From Ignavibacteria bacterium (GTDB lineage: Bacteria > Bacteroidota > Ignavibacteria > UBA10030 > SZUA-254), in assembly GCA_016178595.1 (NCBI GenBank), contig JACOSY010000053.1, positions 114 to 64,113 on the forward strand: 64,000 bases of DNA. Direction: 5' to 3'. The notes under the pieces were generated by a model. The model was not told the origin of the DNA and ran no database searches. It saw only the letters and a list, made by a program, of their open reading frames with translations. This document shows positions 39,842 through 48,369 of the stretch, piece after piece. The position numbers and the translations under genes were made by a program. The first letter of the stretch is position 1. Every line of letters starts with the position of its first letter.

Positions 39842-40148
39842 CTCAATTCAAAAGTTAAAATTAAAAATGACAAAGTGGTTGTGTCTATCTCTTATATTTT
39901 GGGGGGATTTTATCTAGTGCTGGTTTGAAATGCATTACCAAGGAGCCAAATTCTTCAAGTAAAGATTTCTTAAGAACGGAAACGTTTTCAATGTTGTTCG
40001 GCCATCCACCTTCTTATCAACCCTTGGTATTTCCTCTGAGTAGTCAAGTCAGTTCATTAGCTTTTTGATCGTTCCACATAATCCGCCACCCTTAAAATCG
40101 TCTCTCCGCGAAATTTCATTTTAGCAACCCCTTCACATACTACAAGAG

Positions 40149-40403
40149 TCATATCTCACCCCGGCGAAATTTTTGCAGGATTTCCCATCGCTCCGGAGAA
40201 AGAGTTCGATACGCAAATGCAGCAGCTTCTTCGAGCCATCGAAGCCGTTCGCTCACGGGCAATTGAAGATACTCGCGAATTTGTTCCTCGGTAACAGTGT
40301 AATGATAGCCCACTTGTGTTCGCCTTCCGTCAGTTTTCTCCACGAAGCCTCCTGAGTTTTTCGAGCGATTCAATGTCATCGGCATCTTGGGCACGTGTAG
40401 CAA
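40149..40403 (-). CDS. small hypothetical protein (84 aa), putative partner of the nucleotidyltransferase
   Basis: Natural-looking composition; overlaps the 3' end of the NTase gene in another frame; low-GC islet; no family assignment. Confidence 0.3.
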   Translation of the reverse strand: MLHVPKMPMTLNRSKNSGGFVEKTDGRRTQVGYHYTVTEEQIREYLQLPVSERLRWLEEAAAFAYRTLSPERWEILQKFRRGEI

Positions 40404-40836
40404 GCTTCTTCATGGCAATCAAATCGGAAGATGAAACGACCGGGATATTGAGATCGCCGCCGGTAATTGTTAAACGGCGCGCAAAGCATTGATCGAAATC
40501 AAGAGGATTTTCAGTGAAGATATCGACCGTATAAAATTCTTTCGTGCCGCGGGAAAGCGAAAAAACCAACATATTCTTCTCTTCACGCCACATTCGACGC
40601 AACTCCTCTCGAGCAAAATCCATCATCTCAATCGGAAGTTTAGGACGAAATCCTAACGCTTGGAGCGCGCTCATCGTCCGCAGAATGTTTACCCGATCGA
40701 GCGCTATCATCAAGTCAAGATCGTATGTCATGCGCGGAATCCCGTGTAGATTAACAGCCACTCCCCCAACGATAAGATATCGGACACTTTGCTTATTGAG
40801 CGCACGTATGACTTCATCATAAAACATTCTCTTCAC
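40330..40836 (-). CDS. nucleotidyltransferase-fold family protein (toxin-antitoxin/Abi-like minimal NTase)
   Basis: VRYLIVGGVAVNLHGIPRMTYDLDLMIAL is an NTase-fold signature (G-x-hydrophobic...D-hydrophobic-D-hydrophobic); low-GC (~40%) context. Confidence 0.55.
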   Translation of the reverse strand: MKRMFYDEVIRALNKQSVRYLIVGGVAVNLHGIPRMTYDLDLMIALDRVNILRTMSALQALGFRPKLPIEMMDFAREELRRMWREEKNMLVFSLSRGTKEFYTVDIFTENPLDFDQCFARRLTITGGDLNIPVVSSSDLIAMKKLATRAQDADDIESLEKLRRLRGEN

Positions 40837-42244
40837 TCTCTCTCTAAAAAATCGGCAACTCGTAATATCATCTCTTCATCAAATTGCCTCCCGAGAATCT
40901 GCAGCCCGATGGGCAATCCCTTCTTATCCTTCCCGCACGGAATGCTGATGCCGGGAATACCCGCGAGATTTGCCGATACAGTATACACATCCGAAAGATA
41001 CATTTGCAAGGGGTCATCCACCTTTTCGCCGATCCTAAAGGCAGTGCTCGGTGTGGTGGGCGTGATCAGGCAGTCGACCGCACGGAATGCATTATCGAAA
41101 TCTTCCTTGATGAGCCGCCGAACTTTTTGCCCTTTTCGATAATATGCATCGTAGTATCCCGCCGAGAGAACATACGTACCGAGCATGATGCGCCGCTTCA
41201 CTTCCTCGCCGAAACCTTCGCTGCGCGATTTCACGTACATGTCCATGAGATCGCCGGCGTCCTGGGCGCGCCGGCCGTAGCGTGCGCCGTCGTAGCGTGC
41301 AAGGTTGGACGATGCTTCTGCCGTCGTGAGAATGTAATATGTTGCAATCGTGTATTCGGCGTGAGGAAGCGAGACTTCCTTGACGACGGCGCCAGCCTGC
41401 TTCAACCGATCCACCAGCTTCATGATGGAACCGGCGATCTCGCGGTCGAGCGCTTTCGTGAAATACTCTTTCGGAAGTCCGACGCGGAGTCCTTTCACAT
41501 CACCGGTCAGTAGTGATGGATAATCCGAAACGGGAAGATCGGCAGAGGTCGAATCGCACGGATCGTGTCCCGCGATCACCTGCAAGACTGATGCGACATC
41601 GTATACCGACTGACCGAACGGACCGATCTGATCGAAGGAGGATGCAAAGGCGACAAGTCCATAGCGCGAGACGCGACCGTAGGTCGGCTTCAATCCAATC
41701 ACGCCGCAGAGTGCAGCCGGTTGGCGGATCGATCCGCCGGTTTCACTTCCAAGTGTTGTCGTTGCACACCCTGCGGCGACTGCGGCGGCAGATCCGCCGC
41801 TCGATCCACCCGGCACGCGTGATTCATCCACCGGATTCCGTACGACACCGAAGGCGGAATTTTCATTCGACGACCCCATCGCGAACTCGTCCATGTTCGT
41901 CTTACCGATAATGATCGCATCGGCAGCCTCGAGCCTCTGAATGACTGTCGCGTCGTACGGAGAAACATAATGTTCAAGTATGCGCGAGCCGCAGGTGATG
42001 CGCTTTCCCTTCATACAGATAACATCTTTGACGGCAACGATCATTCCGGCAAGCCGGCCGGCGTTTCCGTCTGCAAGTTTGCGGTCGATTGTCTGTGCGC
42101 GGTCGAGCGCTTCATCCGCAAAAACAGTGAGAAATGCGTTCAGTCGTTTCGACCCGTCGATGTTCGAAAGATAGTATCGAGTGAGCGCGACACACGATGT
42201 CTCACCGGCAATGATCTGCCGCTGCAGTGATTTGAAATCGTTCA
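40833..42244 (-). CDS. gatA: Glu-tRNA(Gln)/Asp-tRNA(Asn) amidotransferase subunit A; N-terminus only reachable via a CTG start
   Basis: Amidase signature GGSSGGSAAAVAAG; my translation upstream of the first ATG continues in frame as LNDFKSLQRQIIAGETSCVALTRYYLSNIDGSKRLNAFLTV (canonical GatA N-terminus) back to a TAA; there is no in-frame ATG/GTG/TTG; CTG at 42242-42244 sits 8 nt after AGGAGA. Confidence 0.8.
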
Positions 42245-42374
42245 GGAGGTGCGTCTCCTTTTGTTTACGTACGAGGGTGCGTCATGAGAAGGATGCGTGT
42301 TACAACGAGGCTACACCGAGGAGATTGAAAGCATCCCCGGCGTACTACCGGATACTCGTGAAGTACGAGCAGCG

Positions 42375-42581
42375 TTAATGCTTGGTCGTGCTGCTGTCGT
42401 CGGGCTTCTTCTGCGTATCCGGCGTCTCGATCTCGTTCTGGACATCGCGCGCTGCTTTACGAAACTCTCGCACGCCCTTTCCGAGACCCTGCATGAACTC
42501 GGGGATTCGCTTGGCGCCGAAGAGCACCAGGATAATCAGCCCGATGATGATGATTTCCGGAGTTCCTAGATTTCCGAACAT
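42375..42581 (-). CDS. tatA: twin-arginine translocase subunit TatA/E
   Basis: 68 aa, MFGNLGTPEIIIIGLIILVLFGAKRIPE TM plus amphipathic helix. Confidence 0.85.
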   Translation of the reverse strand: MFGNLGTPEIIIIGLIILVLFGAKRIPEFMQGLGKGVREFRKAARDVQNEIETPDTQKKPDDSSTTKH

Positions 42582-42593
42582 ACCGTTCTTCCT

Positions 42594-43325
42594 TTATGCA
42601 ATCAATGAATCGGTGAGATGGTCGTGTAGCACAGACGTCTCAATGAGTGAAGCAAAAATCTTTTGCCCGTCAGTCGGACCGAGGAGCGGATCCGAAGCAC
42701 GCTCCGGGTGCGGCATCATTCCCATGACATTCCCCTGCTCGTTCACGATGCCGGCGATATTGGAACACGAGCCGTTCGGGTTTGCCGCTTCGGTAATGGA
42801 TCCATCACGCTCGCAGTATCGGAAAAGAATCCGCCCGTTCGATTCCAGCCGGCAGAGCGTTTCATCATCAGCGAAATAGTTCCCTTCACCATGAGCGATC
42901 GGGATACGAAGTACTTCACCGGGCCGGCAGCGGGACGTGAAACGAGTATCGGCATTCTCGACGCGCACGTTCACGTATTTGCAAACAAAGGTGAGACATT
43001 CATTTCGCAGCAGTGCACCGGGAAGCAACCCGGCTTCACACAAAATCTGAAAACCGTTGCAGATACCGACGACGGTTCCACCACGATCGGCGAAATCAAT
43101 CACTTCCTTCATGATCGGCGAGAAACGCGCAATCGCTCCGCACCGAAGGTAATCGCCGTAGGAAAATCCACCCGGCAGCACGATCACATCCACATCGCCG
43201 ATCGACGAATCCTTGTGCCACAAGAAGCGCACATCCTGGTGGAGCACATGTTCGAGGGCGTAGTGTGCATCATGGTCGCAATTCGAACCGGGAAAGACAA
43301 CGACACCGAATTTCAGCTTCGACAT
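42594..43325 (-). CDS. purQ: phosphoribosylformylglycinamidine synthase subunit PurQ (glutaminase)
   Basis: [15 protein letters not shown], catalytic GICNGFQ and HPE motifs. Confidence 0.85.
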   Translation of the reverse strand: MSKLKFGVVVFPGSNCDHDAHYALEHVLHQDVRFLWHKDSSIGDVDVIVLPGGFSYGDYLRCGAIARFSPIMKEVIDFADRGGTVVGICNGFQILCEAGLLPGALLRNECLTFVCKYVNVRVENADTRFTSRCRPGEVLRIPIAHGEGNYFADDETLCRLESNGRILFRYCERDGSITEAANPNGSCSNIAGIVNEQGNVMGMMPHPERASDPLLGPTDGQKIFASLIETSVLHDHLTDSLIA

Positions 43326-43370
43326 ATCGTGTAACTCATACCTCTTTATATGGGATGATCTCCCATCATT

Positions 43371-43625
43371 TTACGTTGAGACTCTTTCCAGCGAAAAAAA
43401 ATAGTCTTCCATAACCGGATTCGCCAGGAGCTTTTTGCACGCTTCGTCGGTAATAGTTCGCGCCTCAACTTCCGACGGGCTATGAATCCGCAGCTCCATG
43501 AACTTGCCGATGCGAACATCTTCTACCGATCGAAGACCGAGGCTCTCGAGCGCATGGTGAACGGCTTTTCCCTGTGGATCAAGAATGGATTTGCGAAGCG
43601 TAACGGTGATTCGTGCCAGATACAT
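43371..43625 (-). CDS. purS: phosphoribosylformylglycinamidine synthase subunit PurS
   Basis: 84 aa, ITVTLRKSILDPQGKAV...GKFMELRI. Confidence 0.8.
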   Translation of the reverse strand: MYLARITVTLRKSILDPQGKAVHHALESLGLRSVEDVRIGKFMELRIHSPSEVEARTITDEACKKLLANPVMEDYFFSLERVST

Positions 43626-43630
43626 GGTGA

Positions 43631-44398
43631 TTACACGTCGACCCTCGTGACTTCGGGATCTTTCTCCTGGACTGATTTCGCCGCCGGATGCAACGCATGT
43701 TGGATGAACTGCACAACGGTTCGCAGCGGGCCAGTCGCAACATAGAAAACGAGGAACGGGAAAAGCGCTTCTCCCCGTGTCACAATCAGCACCGTCGCAG
43801 CGACGACGCCGACAGTAAAGCGCAATGGATGTTGTCGAATCCCTTTCCGCGAGAACTTCGGAAACGGATCGTACTTAATAGTACTGACCATCAGGAGCGA
43901 GAGAATAACAACCATCGGCACAAGGAGTGATGCCTCAAGGCCTCGAACCCCCGCGCCCTCCTCGTCATATTGCAGGATAAAGGCCGCAAGCGTGATGGCT
44001 GCACCTGGAATCGGCAGACCTTTGAAGTAGTCTTTGTCATAACCCACCAACTGGGCATTGAAACGAGCAAGCCGCATCGCGCCGAAAATCATCGGCATTG
44101 CGCTCACGAGCATGCCAACACCTTGTTGTGTGTGGAGGCACGCAGTGTACACAAGAAACGATGGAGCAACACCGAACGACACGACATCCGAGAGCGAATC
44201 GAACTCGACGCCGAAATCGCTCGACGACCTCGTAATACGCGCCATCACGCCATCGAGCACATCGAAGATACCGGCGAGGATGATAAACCATGCCGCAAGC
44301 CTGAAATCGCCCTGCGACGTATGAAGGAGAGAACGAAAGCCGCAGAAGATGTTGAGCACTGTAAAGAGACTTGGGACGACTGCCCGTGTAATTTTCAT
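43631..44398 (-). CDS. pssA: CDP-diacylglycerol--serine O-phosphatidyltransferase
   Basis: CDP-alcohol phosphatidyltransferase motif DVLDGVMAR...FDSLSD; multiple TM segments. Confidence 0.8.
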   Translation of the reverse strand: MKITRAVVPSLFTVLNIFCGFRSLLHTSQGDFRLAAWFIILAGIFDVLDGVMARITRSSSDFGVEFDSLSDVVSFGVAPSFLVYTACLHTQQGVGMLVSAMPMIFGAMRLARFNAQLVGYDKDYFKGLPIPGAAITLAAFILQYDEEGAGVRGLEASLLVPMVVILSLLMVSTIKYDPFPKFSRKGIRQHPLRFTVGVVAATVLIVTRGEALFPFLVFYVATGPLRTVVQFIQHALHPAAKSVQEKDPEVTRVDV

Positions 44399-44449
44399 TT
44401 CGTCTATATTCCTACCTTGTGAGAGAAATGGTTGATCGCTTTCGCCAGT

Positions 44450-45115
44450 TCATGTTTGCGCAGGAAGAGTGGCGAGAATGCTTTCCCCTGCCGTCACGCG
44501 GTCATGGAGACCTACGTGCATTTGCGAACCTCTGGGCATCAACACATCGACACGCGAACCGAACTTGATCATTCCGAACCGTTCACCTATTCGTGCCGGC
44601 TGGCCAACGGCTACATTGGCAACGATGCGGCGCGCAACCGCGCCAGCGACCTGTTTGAACAATATTTTCGACCCGTTCTTGTGTTCAACACCGATCAACA
44701 TTCGCTCGTTTACATCCGCACATTTCTCCTCGAACGCGGCAACAAATACTCCGGATATGTGCTCGACGTATCCAACCGTCCCGGAAACCGGGAACCGGTT
44801 GACGTGCACATCGAGTGGCGACATGAAAATGCTTACTTGTATTGCATCTTGCTTGAGATAGCGGGACTCATAGACATCCTTGATGAACACAATTCGTCCG
44901 TCGGCAGGAGAGATCACGTGGTTTTCACCCGATGGAGTCTTACGCTCTGGATCACGAAAGAAGTTGAGGACGACAAGCAAGAATACACCGGCAATGCCGA
45001 TGATCGTATACCTCACAACATCTATTCGCACAAAAACCATCGCACACGTCATGAGTATTCCTGCCAAGAGAACCATTTTTAGAACGACATCTAATCCATA
45101 TCGTGTGAGTCGCAA
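44450..45115 (-). CDS. psd: phosphatidylserine decarboxylase (short membrane-anchored type)
   Basis: N-terminal TM, ISPADGRIV and GERFGMIKFGSRVD motifs (LGST/GS-type cleavage region). Confidence 0.75.
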   Translation of the reverse strand: MRLTRYGLDVVLKMVLLAGILMTCAMVFVRIDVVRYTIIGIAGVFLLVVLNFFRDPERKTPSGENHVISPADGRIVFIKDVYESRYLKQDAIQVSIFMSPLDVHVNRFPVSGTVGYVEHISGVFVAAFEEKCADVNERMLIGVEHKNGSKILFKQVAGAVARRIVANVAVGQPARIGERFGMIKFGSRVDVLMPRGSQMHVGLHDRVTAGESILATLPAQT

Positions 45116-45127
45116 TGGCTGCCCGGT

Positions 45128-45898
45128 CTACATTTTCAACATCAGTCGGTCGCGCAATTCTGTTGCCGCCGCATCAGATCCCTCGTGATCAAGCAGAAAC
45201 CGATCGCGCCCATTTTTTCCGTTGTGCGTCATGTCCAAAAAATGACAGGTCACGGGTGAAAGCTCATCCACCAAGACAATTCGACCTCGACAGCGGCTGA
45301 ATTCAAGCCGTACATCGGCGAGCATCAATTGGCGCCTATCACATAAACCACGCAGGACGGCATTCGTCTTTGTAGCAATACGATTCACCTGTTTAAACTC
45401 ATCCGGAGTCAGAACACCAAGCGCGAAAAGGTGATATTCATTCACCCATGTGCTTGTCTTGTTTCCGTTAGCATAATAATGTTCGATAACTGGGAAGTCG
45501 AGCACTACGCCTTCTTTGAAACCATACCGCTTTACCAGTGCCCCATTACCAGTATTATACACTCGAACGGTAACAGAGAGAGGATCGGACTGACGGATGA
45601 GCATCTCAGTATCCGAGAGTTTGCTCACGAAGTGAGATGGAATGTGGAATCCATCGATATACTCAAAAAGGTAGGACGAAATCTCATTCCGTAGTACGTT
45701 CAGGTCGTGTGCCCTGGAGTTTTTTTTCCCTTCCTCTACGCTGCCCGGTGTACTGGCGACAAATTCTTGGATAATCAGGTCAGATTTCTCGGAATGGTAG
45801 AGGTGTTTTCCCTCCCGTTCACAGATAAACTCACGCTTGGCGAATTTCGCGACCTTGCCTGTAGTACCGACAAGCATAGATTGCGTTTGTTGTTTCAT
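45128..45898 (-). CDS. purC: phosphoribosylaminoimidazole-succinocarboxamide synthase (SAICAR synthetase)
   Basis: SAICAR_synt motifs GKVAKF..., LIIQEFVAST, GFHIPSHFV. Confidence 0.8.
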   Translation of the reverse strand: MKQQTQSMLVGTTGKVAKFAKREFICEREGKHLYHSEKSDLIIQEFVASTPGSVEEGKKNSRAHDLNVLRNEISSYLFEYIDGFHIPSHFVSKLSDTEMLIRQSDPLSVTVRVYNTGNGALVKRYGFKEGVVLDFPVIEHYYANGNKTSTWVNEYHLFALGVLTPDEFKQVNRIATKTNAVLRGLCDRRQLMLADVRLEFSRCRGRIVLVDELSPVTCHFLDMTHNGKNGRDRFLLDHEGSDAAATELRDRLMLKM

Positions 45899-46032
45899 AG
45901 TCTCCAGAACATTATCAACGTGCGCATTATAATAGCAAAATTATGGCTGAAAGTCAATCGGGGTATATTGCGCGATTTTGATACTCTCGCTTGACTTTTA
46001 TTGAAAAATCAAACACTTTCATCCTGCACGCT

Positions 46033-48144
46033 ATGCTCACTTCACCCACATTGCAAGAATCCGCCGCACCTCTCGACCAAGCTTCATCCCCTGCCAAACG
46101 AAAGCTCAATGCCGGACAATACATTTTGCTTGCAATCTTTGTCGGTACGTCTCTCCTTGTCTCGCTTGATATTAACGACAGTACTCTGTTGAAGGAGGCC
46201 GCGCTATTCCTCGGAAGTCTGCTCCTCGTTGCCGCAGCGTTCTCTCACGCATTACGACGTGGACGGATTTGCTTTTCGATCTTGCCACTACACATCGCGT
46301 TTATTCTCTATATCCTTGTGTGCAGCCTCTCATTATTCTTCGCAGTGAACGCATCGTTGGGTCTTGCGTATCTCCTTCAACTCCTCTGCTTCTTCATCAT
46401 ATTCTCAACAAGTCTGACGGTACCACCCGAGAATCGAGGAGTGAACACGAAGATTGCACAAAGCTTTGCAAGTGTAACACTGATCGCCTGTGTGGTAGCA
46501 CTATTCCAGATCATGCCGAATGTGCGCTTCGGAATTCTTCCAGTATCAATGGTACAGGAAGCCGTCTCCACGTTCGGCAACAGATCGTACTTTGCGGGTT
46601 TCTTAGCCCTCGTCGTTCCGATCGTCCTCAGCAGGGCAGTGAGTCGTGAGAGCACGCGAATGATTCAAGCGCTCTTTCTCATCACGACACTTATAACACT
46701 GTTCTTCCTTCTCCAGACAGAATCGCGAAGTGCATGGATGGCAACTCTTGCCTCCGTATTCTTATTCACATGGATGAATTATCGAAAGACGAAGCCGCGT
46801 CTCATCATGCTGGCACTTATGCTGCTGGGCGGAGTATGCGGAGTCTTTTTTTTTCCTGAACTCGTACACCGGCGGCTCACAAGTCTCATCGAGATGTATC
46901 CATCTTCATCGGTCAACCGGAGACTTTTTTTCTACGAAGGCGCATGGAAAGCCTTCCTTGCATCGCCGATCGTGGGACATGGTCCGGGAAATTTCGGCGT
47001 CGTTCTGCCAAAATACCGATCACCCGACTACTGGATGGCCCACTCTGAAGATATAGTTCCTCACGCACACAACGAAGTTCTTGAAATCCTGACAGAGACG
47101 GGTCTCGTGGGATTTTTCTGCATGGCGCTCATCGCTGTCATCTATATCCGCTCGATTCGCACTGTACTCCGAGCTTCATCCGGCAACAATCGTACAATAC
47201 TGGTTGGATATACCTGTGCCGTATTCGCAGTCTTCATTGACAATATTGCAAGCATGAACCTGCGAACGATACCCGTTGCGGTATCGTTTTGGATAGTGGT
47301 GGGACTATCGCTGCAGAACTCGGCCCGTACTGCCAATTCGATAACGCTACAATTTCCACGCTGGTCAAGGAAGTTTTGGCTTGCGCCCTTTGTACTTGTC
47401 CTTCTTGTCATGTGGGCGTATCAGCCAAAACTTGTGTCTCACTACAAAGCGGAAGAGGCTTTCCTACAAGGGATCATACTACGTGCGGCAAACAGAACGA
47501 GCGAATCAACACAAGAACTCAACACAACACTTGCTTACGATCCCACCAATGCAATGGCACAATTGTACGTTGCATCGAACCTTGTTCGGGAAAAACACTT
47601 TGCCGAGGCGCGCAATCACGTTACATTTTTGCTCAAAGAATATCCATACTATCCGAAAGCGCGCATTGTTCTCGCCACAGCTCTCTTCGGGCTTGGCGAT
47701 ACACTGACCGCGATCCAGACGATCCATGATGAGCTTGCCATGGACACGTCCCCGCAAGCAACGTATTTTGCTGCGTACCTGGCCCACCAATCGAACCGAG
47801 CAGCGGAAGAATTACAATCGCTGCGGTTACTGCTGACAAATGCATTGAAGAGCGGCACGGTCGAATATGTTCCCGAAGCCCTCAGAGGACTTTCACAACT
47901 TTGCGGCGAAAAGGAGAAGAACGATTGTCGGGCGCTTGTCAGTCGAGTGAGCGACAAATTTTTTACGGATGTGAGAGTGCTATCGGCGGCGGGAGGTTTC
48001 TTTGCAACGGTCGGTTCACTGGACGAAGCTCGATCGGCATTGCAGCGCGCGCAGATACTTGATCCGGCAAACGAGGAGATCGAACGTAACCTGCAAATCA
48101 TCGAAGATCAGATGGGACGAGACACGAGCGTACATAAACGCTAA
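46033..48144 (+). CDS. O-antigen ligase/polymerase (Wzy_C) family membrane protein with C-terminal TPR domain
   Basis: ~10 TM segments, Wzy_C core (TESRSAWMATLASVFL...GHGPGNF...HAHNEVLEILTETGLVGF), then ~280 aa of TPR-like repeats. Confidence 0.7.
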   Translation: MLTSPTLQESAAPLDQASSPAKRKLNAGQYILLAIFVGTSLLVSLDINDSTLLKEAALFLGSLLLVAAAFSHALRRGRICFSILPLHIAFILYILVCSLSLFFAVNASLGLAYLLQLLCFFIIFSTSLTVPPENRGVNTKIAQSFASVTLIACVVALFQIMPNVRFGILPVSMVQEAVSTFGNRSYFAGFLALVVPIVLSRAVSRESTRMIQALFLITTLITLFFLLQTESRSAWMATLASVFLFTWMNYRKTKPRLIMLALMLLGGVCGVFFFPELVHRRLTSLIEMYPSSSVNRRLFFYEGAWKAFLASPIVGHGPGNFGVVLPKYRSPDYWMAHSEDIVPHAHNEVLEILTETGLVGFFCMALIAVIYIRSIRTVLRASSGNNRTILVGYTCAVFAVFIDNIASMNLRTIPVAVSFWIVVGLSLQNSARTANSITLQFPRWSRKFWLAPFVLVLLVMWAYQPKLVSHYKAEEAFLQGIILRAANRTSESTQELNTTLAYDPTNAMAQLYVASNLVREKHFAEARNHVTFLLKEYPYYPKARIVLATALFGLGDTLTAIQTIHDELAMDTSPQATYFAAYLAHQSNRAAEELQSLRLLLTNALKSGTVEYVPEALRGLSQLCGEKEKNDCRALVSRVSDKFFTDVRVLSAAGGFFATVGSLDEARSALQRAQILDPANEEIERNLQIIEDQMGRDTSVHKR

Positions 48145-48213
48145 GATCGGTTATTGCAAGTCGGGAGCCGATTCGCTATATTACAATCACTTCTTGAACA
48201 TTCCAGTTACCAT

Positions 48214-48286
48214 TGCCCGGTGGTGTAATTGGTAACACACTTGACTCTGGATCAAGGAAGTCTAGGTTCGAGTCCTAGCCGGGCAG
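48214..48286 (+). tRNA. tRNA-Gln (anticodon CTG)
   Basis: Acceptor TGCCCGG/CCGGGCA, D-arm GTGT..ACAC, anticodon stem CTTGA/TCAAG loop CTCTGGA, T-arm CTAGG-TTCGAGT-CCTAG. Confidence 0.8.
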
Positions 48287-48295
48287 CACAAACAA

Positions 48296-48319
48296 AAGGG
48301 CAGCTTCATGGCTGCCCTT
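48296..48319. terminator. bidirectional stem-loop between tRNA-Gln and the convergent 994-aa gene
   Basis: 9-bp stem aagggcagc/gctgccctt, 6-nt loop; U-rich on the minus side (TTTGTTTGTG) and moderately on the plus side. Confidence 0.55.
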
Positions 48320-48369
48320 CGCATTTCTCTATCGTCGTTGTCGTCGGGTTAAAAAGAAATAAATCTTTT

